A stretch of DNA of 62,933 bases. It comes from Welwitschia mirabilis. Its lineage: Eukaryota. The stretch covers positions 37,047,127 to 37,110,059 of the forward strand of contig JBOZIK010000001.1 in assembly GCA_051453625.1 (NCBI GenBank), read 5' to 3'. Below are positions 55,622 to 62,933 of this stretch, piece by piece; position 1 is the first letter of the stretch, and each line of letters opens with the position of its first letter. A program made the position numbers and the translations under genes. The notes below the pieces were generated by a model. That model had not been told where the DNA came from. It did not search any database and saw nothing but the letters and a program-made list of their open reading frames with translations.

Positions 55622-58600
55622 TGTTGCATGATCGAATTGTATGTATTTGATAGGGTATTTTGAGTATTTTTACAGGACATTAGATACATTTATACTGAGT
55701 TTCAATAATAATGAAAATCTAAGGCAAATTTCATGAAAACATGCAATCTTCATTACATTTGATAACATTTAAAATAATTTACAATACTTCCTACCTGAAG
55801 CGGTAATCTTACAATCAAAGAGACTAGTGTGATATGAGAAATACTTTATAAAAGCCCATCATCCACCTCTTTGTCTAGATAATAGTACTGATGACATATC
55901 TACTTATTCTAAGGAGGATGCTTACTAGATTAAATTTGGTAGCTGATGTGGAGTTTGTATGATATGGCATTATCTCCTGTAATTTCCAGAGACCAACAAG
56001 ATGACACCTAAAAATAATGCTTCACCAAACTTCATCAAACTCTAGCCATTTATTTCATACCTTTTTATGTGGGTATTAGGATTGTTATCATGTATATTAG
56101 CATTTGATGATTTTAAAATTTATTTTACAATAAATACNNNNNNNNNNNNNNNNNNNNNNNNNATCTTCTTTAGAATCAAAGATTCTTGTAATAGGAGATT
56201 AAAGGATAAGAGGTTTATCCATTATTATTATAGAGAGATGTCTTTCTTGGTGTTGAGTTGTGTATCCTTCATTAAGATGCAACTGCTTTGTAACACGGAT
56301 CTTGGTTCTACTTAATCAAAACTCTGTTTTTCTCTTCATATCATTTGTTATGTGTAACTCCCTCATGATTTAGATTGCTTGTGATTTCGTGAGAGCTTCA
56401 TCTTTGATATAGACCACTAGGAAAATCTTTTCTAAGGGTGACATTATTAGTTTAGCTGCATTTCATTTCATTTTTTAGATTAAATTCGCATTATTTTTAT
56501 ATTTTACTCGATGTACTTGATAACTTAGGTTGGTCTTAGCCTGGTGACAACTTCTCTTAATTGATCTAAGTTATATATGCTCAATCTCTATGATAGTTAA
56601 TTTGGTAATCAGATAGATGTTGCATTTAACATATAACTTGAATCTCATTTGCATAGTATATTTATTTACATTGTTACTTTACCTTATTATTGTTACACTT
56701 AGATATTACAAAGTACTTCATTTTTTAAATCAATTCTTTTTCTTTTCACCTATGCCTTTAATGAAATCATGACACTTGGATTACTCCTATTTATATTAGT
56801 GTGTTATGTTGTGTAATATTTATATTTTGGTGAATTTCAGGATTTGTTTAAGGATGTAACATTTGAATAAATATGCACTATAACATATAAACATCATTAC
56901 TGGGGAAGGCTACTTAGAGTTCAAAGATTGTCATTGCTCAGATAAGCAGTTTGGATTTAGTTTAGGTATTCGTCTATACTAGTTGTATTCCTATAATAAA
57001 AACATAGGTTTTCCTTTCTACATTTTTCATTTTTCATCCTAAGAATAATACCCTATTTTCCCCCTTATCATCCAGATGATGCGTGGTGATGATGGACTAT
57101 GAAACATAGGATTTTTTATTTTCTTAAGAATTAGGCTTTTTCTCTTATCGTCCCCTCTATCATCTAGATGACTTAGCAAATGATGATTATTTTCATTCTA
57201 TGTTGTTTCATTATTCTATTTTATTAAGTTTTTTGTTTTTGAGTTTTTTGTATTTGTTATTATTTAAGTACATTATCCAGATGACTATAGAGACAATGCT
57301 TATAGAAATAGAACTAAGCATGTTAGGATATAACAAATTCTGGTAAAAAGATAAAATATTAGAAAGAGTGACTATTAATTGAAGAAAACATTTGAAAAGG
57401 TTTGATCAACTACAAACTTAGCCTAGGTACGCATACCTCAGGTTTATAAAATATTCCAAGAATTGAGTAAGAATATTTTCTTTACATTTATTTTTTTAAA
57501 TTTGATTTTTTCTAAAAATTTTCAAAAGAAAGTTTAGAAGAAAATTGTTTTATTACAATGTCAAATTTGTTACAAAAATAAAAATAGTTTTCTTTGCCTA
57601 GTCCCCCTATTATGATCAAAACCTCTACTACCCCCATAAATCCAAATGCTAATGTCACTCTTAAAGAACTAATTGTAAATAAGAAACATGAAATCCAAAA
57701 CCCTTTTGACCTACCTCCTAGTAATGACGTCGAGTCAAAAAATTTCAATTCTTATTTTATTTTTAGTGAAGAAAATGATAAAGATCCCCTCAAACATATA
57801 GCCAACATCAAACAACTAGTTCTTACTTGTGGAAATAGCAAAAAACAAATTCTTATCACTTTGGAAGAAAAAGCAAAATTAGGGTTAAGAAGTATTCCAC
57901 ATAAAATCTTAAAAACATAGAACCAAGTTAAAGAAGCATTCATAAAAAGATTTATGAGTGAAATAATAATAAGGAAAAGAAAGAAAGAAGTAATAAATTT
58001 CTCACAACAACCTAATGAAGATTATTCCTCCACTTATAAATGATTTTTTATTATAATACATTCTAATCCTATAGATGTTTTCACTTAAGAGGAATTAGTA
58101 AATTATCTCTATAGTAGACTTAATAGCCAAACTAAACAACTTGTATATTTTTCATGTGGAGAAAATTTAATGAATCTCACATTAGAAAATTCATGGAGAT
58201 AGTTGGAAGAACTAGTAGAAGTAAGCCAAACATGGCCTAAATCAACACCTTGAAAAAATCATACTATAGGCCAAATCATAAAAGACCTTTAAAAATTAAA
58301 ACAAAAAAAGGAAGAAGTAAAAATAGAAAAGGAACCCATTAATATCCTTAAGGATTTCACAACAACATTAAAAAAGTATACTTAAATGGTTTTAGATGCA
58401 AGATTAACAATAGAAAAGAATGTGGTTCCAACTTATGATTTGTGTGAAGATAACTATCATATGACTAAAGAATGTCCTTTATTACCTATTTATAAAGAAA
58501 ATATTTATGAAGAGATGTGTTCATTCAACCAAAAGTCTTCAAACCTTAGAGCCCAAAATTAAAACTCATTTCAACTTAGGATTAATAAATAATCAAATTT

Positions 58601-61600
58601 TTAATCCTTTGAGAAAAAATTTAAGAAATTTCAAACAAATCACCCAAATTTTCAACCAGTTAGAAATAGGTTTAAGAATGGTAACTTTTAAACAAATAAT
58701 TCAATCTTTCAACCAAGTAATTCAAATTGTCAAGCAAGCGTATCAAATTCACAAAACCAAAATGATCCACTTAGAAATTTCATTGATGAATTAAGAAAAT
58801 ATTAAAAGGAAAAAAATTCAAACATTGAAAATCTTGTTGATGTTCTTCAATAAACTATGCTTGAAAATCAAAGATCATTAGGATCAATTGCAACACAAAT
58901 TACCAAATAAAAGATTATAAGGTTATGACAAGAAGTGAAAATGATACAACATCTCCTACCTATGAGGTTTTAACTTCTCAAAATAATAAGAATGAAGAAG
59001 AAAAAAAAGAGGAGGAGGATATTAAAATATTATAAAATCATACTTTCTCTTCTCCTTTAAGTGATAAGCTCAATAATAAAATTTTTTTGCAAGATAAAGG
59101 TAAGAAATCTGCTACCCTTTGGCTTGATAGATTAAATATCAATCCTACCTTTAATGAGCATCTTAAAGCTCTAATGCAAGATGTAAGCATAAATTTACCA
59201 TTTTGAAAACTCTCACAAGAAAATCCTAAATATTCTAAATTGTGAAAATAACTAATTAGGAGGAAATAAAAATGAACCATACCTAGTAAAGTATTCCTGA
59301 CCTAATCTATAACCAAATTAGTTTTGCAAAAATGTCTAAAATTTAAGGATCTAGGGGAATCAACAATTAGTATTACTTTAGAAGAAAATAAAAGAATTAA
59401 AAAAGCTTTAGTTAATATAGAAGCAACTATTAACATTATGTTTTTACATATTTGTCAATGACTTAGTTTTAAAAGTAGAATTGAGCCTACACAAATTATC
59501 TTAAAATTAGCAAATACATCAGTGAAAAAACCTTTAGGAGTAATAAAAGATTTAGTGATTTAAATTAAGAAAGTATTATATCTAATAAATGTGGTTGTGA
59601 TTAAAGCTGAGCATAACGGAGGTTATCCACTACTTTTAGGTAGATTATTTTATACAACAGCCCATTGTATTATCAATATAAGGACTAGAATGATGGAATG
59701 TCACTTAGGCAATAAAAAGTTTACCATTAAGTTTTTAATACTGCTAAAAAGGATTTAGATGATGAATTGAATATTGAAGGACTAATTAAGCCAACATTAT
59801 TTTTATAGACTCATCCACTTAAAGAGAGATGATTAATGATTCATGAACCTACCTTGTTTGATAATCCACTTGAATTACTTAAAAGCTTTCAATGATGATC
59901 AACTCAATTATGAGCATTTAGGAACTGATTGTTTTGATTAGGAAACTAAAGAAATTAAAATCAAAATCTACAAAAAAGTTTAACATATAAAAATGACTGA
60001 GAGTTCATATTTTAAGGGAGGTCATCCACCCCATTCATCTAGACAACAATCTGAGATGATAATTAATTTTGATAAAAATTTAATAATAATTAAAAATCTA
60101 GAATTAAATCTAAATCCTTAACCCAATTGACTAAAATATATCTTTCTGTATGATGGTCAGAATAAACCTTTGATAATAAATAAAAATCTTTCCCTCAACA
60201 AGAATCATTTTTAATATTACTTTTGAATTTTGAAGTTAATGTGTTTACTTGGTATAATAAACATTTAACATCCATTCCTACTTCTGTTATTTAACATAAA
60301 ATCTACTTTGATGATAATGCAAAATCTATTAGGCAACCCTATCTTAGACTAAATCCATCCCTTAAACAAGTTGTAAAGGATGAAATCATTAAATTAATAA
60401 ATGCTAGAATTATGTATGTCATATTTGATAGTGAATGAGTTAATCTTTTGATGGTAGTGCTTAAGAAAAATGGAAAGTTGAGAATGTATATTGATTTTAG
60501 AAAGCTAAATGAAGTAACTAACAAAGACCATTATCCTTTACCTTTCTTTGACCTTATAACTGATAAAATTCAAGGACATGCCTTTTATTTCTTTTTTGCT
60601 GGGTATAGTGATTACAATCAGGTTCTTATTGCTAGTAAGAATTAAGCTAAAATAATTTTTACTTCATCTTTTAGAATATTTATCTTTATAAACATGCCTT
60701 TATACTTTGTAATGCTCCTAGTAATTTTCAATATGCAATGATGGATATATTTTCTAATATGTTAGAGTATTTAACTAAATTTTTTATGGATGACTTCTTA
60801 ATGTATAGTGAAAACTTTAAATAAATATTAGAAAGATTAGAGAAATTCCTTAATAAATGCATTGAGAGTGGCCTACATTTGAGTTGGGAGAAGAGTTTCT
60901 CTCTAATTGATAATGGAATTGTCTTAGATCATCACATTTCTAATAAGGAAATTAAGATGAATCCTAAACAAGTAAGTATCATGAAAAATCCAACTCATTC
61001 AATAAATGTAAAACATGCTTGATCTTTCCTTGGTTATTATTATTTTTATTATAATTTTATTCAAGATTATGATAAACTTTGTAAACCCCTTTACTTATTA
61101 TTTGAAAAAGAAGCTAAATTTTAATGGAATGATTCTTATTAGCTTACTTTTAAAACACTTAAAATCTCTTTCATACCTATTGTAATAAGATCCAATTGAA
61201 ATAAAGATTTTAAATTAATGTGTGATGCTGATAATATTGTTGTGAGTGAGGTTCTTAGATAAAAGTATGTAAATGATTTTAAATTTATATCTTTTATAGC
61301 AAAAATTTATCTAAATCTTAATCAAATTATACTACTACTATGTAATAAATGTTAGTAATAATATTTTACCTTGATATGCTTAGACACTATCTTTTAGGAT
61401 TTTATATGAATTTTTATATCAACCATTTAGCTATTAAATTCCTCATGACTAAGAAAGATTCTAGTGATAGATTCATTAGATAAATCCTTCTCATATAAGA
61501 ATTTAACCTCACCATTATTGATAAATCAAGGAAGTATAGTAGTGTAGCAGATCATTTGTTACATCTTTTTTCTTCTCTTGATGATCTTATGATTAACGAT

Positions 61601-62933
61601 TCTTTTTCAAATGAATAAATTTTTGTCATATCTTCTACTNNNNNNNNNNNNNNNNNNNNNNNNNNNNNNNNNNNNNNNNNNNNNNNNNNNNNNNNNNNNN
61701 NNNNNNNNNNNNNNNNNNNNNNNNNNNNNNNNNNNNNNNGTGATGCTGATAATATTGTTGTGAGTGGGGTTCTTAAATAAAAGTATGTAAATGATTTTAA
61801 ATTTATATCTTATCATAGCAAAAATTTGTCTAAATCTTAATCAAATTATACTACTACTGTGTAATAAATGTTAGCAATAATATTTTACCTTGATATGCTT
61901 AGACACTATCTTTTAGAATTTTATATGAATTTTTATATCAACCATTCAGCTATTAAATTCCTCATGACTAAGAAAGATTCTAGTGATAGATTCATTAGAT
62001 GAATCCTTCTCATATAAGAATTTAACCTCACCATTATTGATAAAACAAGGAAGTATAATAGTGTGGCAGATCATTTGTTACATCTTTTTTCTTCTCTTGA
62101 TGATCTTATGATTAAAAATTCTTTTTCAAATGAATAACTTTTTGTCATATCTTCTACTCATCCTCCTCCTTGGTATGCTAACATAATTAATTATCTTGTG
62201 ACAATGAAAACACCATAACATTAAACTCATAATTAAAGAAAATATTTTTTCTATAGAATAGGTAATTATGAATGGATAGAACCACATCTTTACTATAGGC
62301 GCAAAGATCAAATCATGAGAAAATGTGTGCCCAAATAGAAAAAATTAAACATCCTTCATCTTTATCATAGTAGTGTTTGTGGAGGCCATTTTAGTGGATA
62401 GAAAATAGTAATGAAAATCCTTTACTCTAGTTTTTATTGACCTAGTGTTTTTCAAGACTCTTTTAATTTTACTAAAAGGTGTGATGCTTGTCAATGTTAT
62501 GGTAGTTTTATTAATTCTCATGAGATGTTTCATAAATATATTCTTGATTGTGAACCTTTTGATTATTAGGAAATTTATTTTGTAGGCCCTATTAAATCAC
62601 CTTTTAATGATAAGAACTATATTTTAGTGGCTGTTGATTATGTTATTAAATGGATTGATGCTATTCCTACTTTTAAATGATGACTGAACTATTTGTACTT
62701 TTGTTAGAACTCATATTTTTCAATGTTTTGATTTTTATAGGATTATCATTAGTGATCAGGAAACTTATTTTATTAATAAACTTTTTAGGAAATTTCTTTT
62801 ATCCATTGTAATTAAACATAAAGTAGATTATACTTATCATTCACAAACTAATAATCAAGTTGAAAATGCAAATAGAGAAATAAAGAAAATGCTATGAAAA
62901 CTTGTCTTTGTTAATAAAATATTTTGGGCTTCT
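55622..62933 (+). mobile_element. Athila-like Ty3/gypsy retrotransposon (5' LTR, PBS, gag-PR-RT-RH-INT pseudogene), continuing past the window end
   Basis: LTR 55622-56885 and decayed Asp-type PBS at ~56889-56906. Gag DPLKHI/LEEKAK (~57780-57880). Protease ALVNIEATINIM (~59405). RT KKNGKLRMYIDFRKLN..KDHYPLP (60448-60645) and FMDDF (~60785). RNase H LMCDA and VADHL. Integrase PPWYANIINYL, H...CGGHF, CDACQ, YILVAVDY..KW, IISDQ, YHSQTN.QVENANREIK. Domain order RT-RH-INT. Confidence 0.92.

Noticed and set aside
60448-60645. RT as an endogenous caulimovirus
   Set aside because: It is embedded in an LTR-PBS-gag-PR-RT-RH-integrase structure typical of Ty3/gypsy.

Overview
This is eukaryotic land-plant genomic DNA from a gappy draft scaffold; the species cannot be determined from the sequence. 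It holds one host gene: a 13-exon glycoside hydrolase family 1 (GH1, BGLU) gene on the minus strand at 16852-19817, about 513 aa. The gene sits in a GC/CpG-rich island of about 3.6 kb. Its motifs point to the At/Os6 clade of acyl-glucose transglucosidases (AtBGLU1-11, Os9BGlu31). It has atypical active-site motifs (HFN, ITECG, FEN) and a GC-AG intron. The rest is very AT-rich, heavily C>T/G>A-decayed transposon debris. That debris includes an internally deleted Ty1/copia element with both LTRs, a copia 5' end with a tandem array of primer-binding sites, and a SIRE-like copia. It also includes a two-LTR Athila-like element, an Athila-like gag-pol element running off the right edge, related LTR copies, an L1 LINE fragment and microsatellites. 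The SIRE-like and two-LTR Athila-like elements both appear to lack RT/RNase H/integrase but keep gag and an 'EFYxN' accessory ORF. Many N-gaps have duplicated flanks, which are probably assembly or haplotype artefacts; one of them lies inside the last BGLU exon. All calls come from manual reading; no database searches were run.
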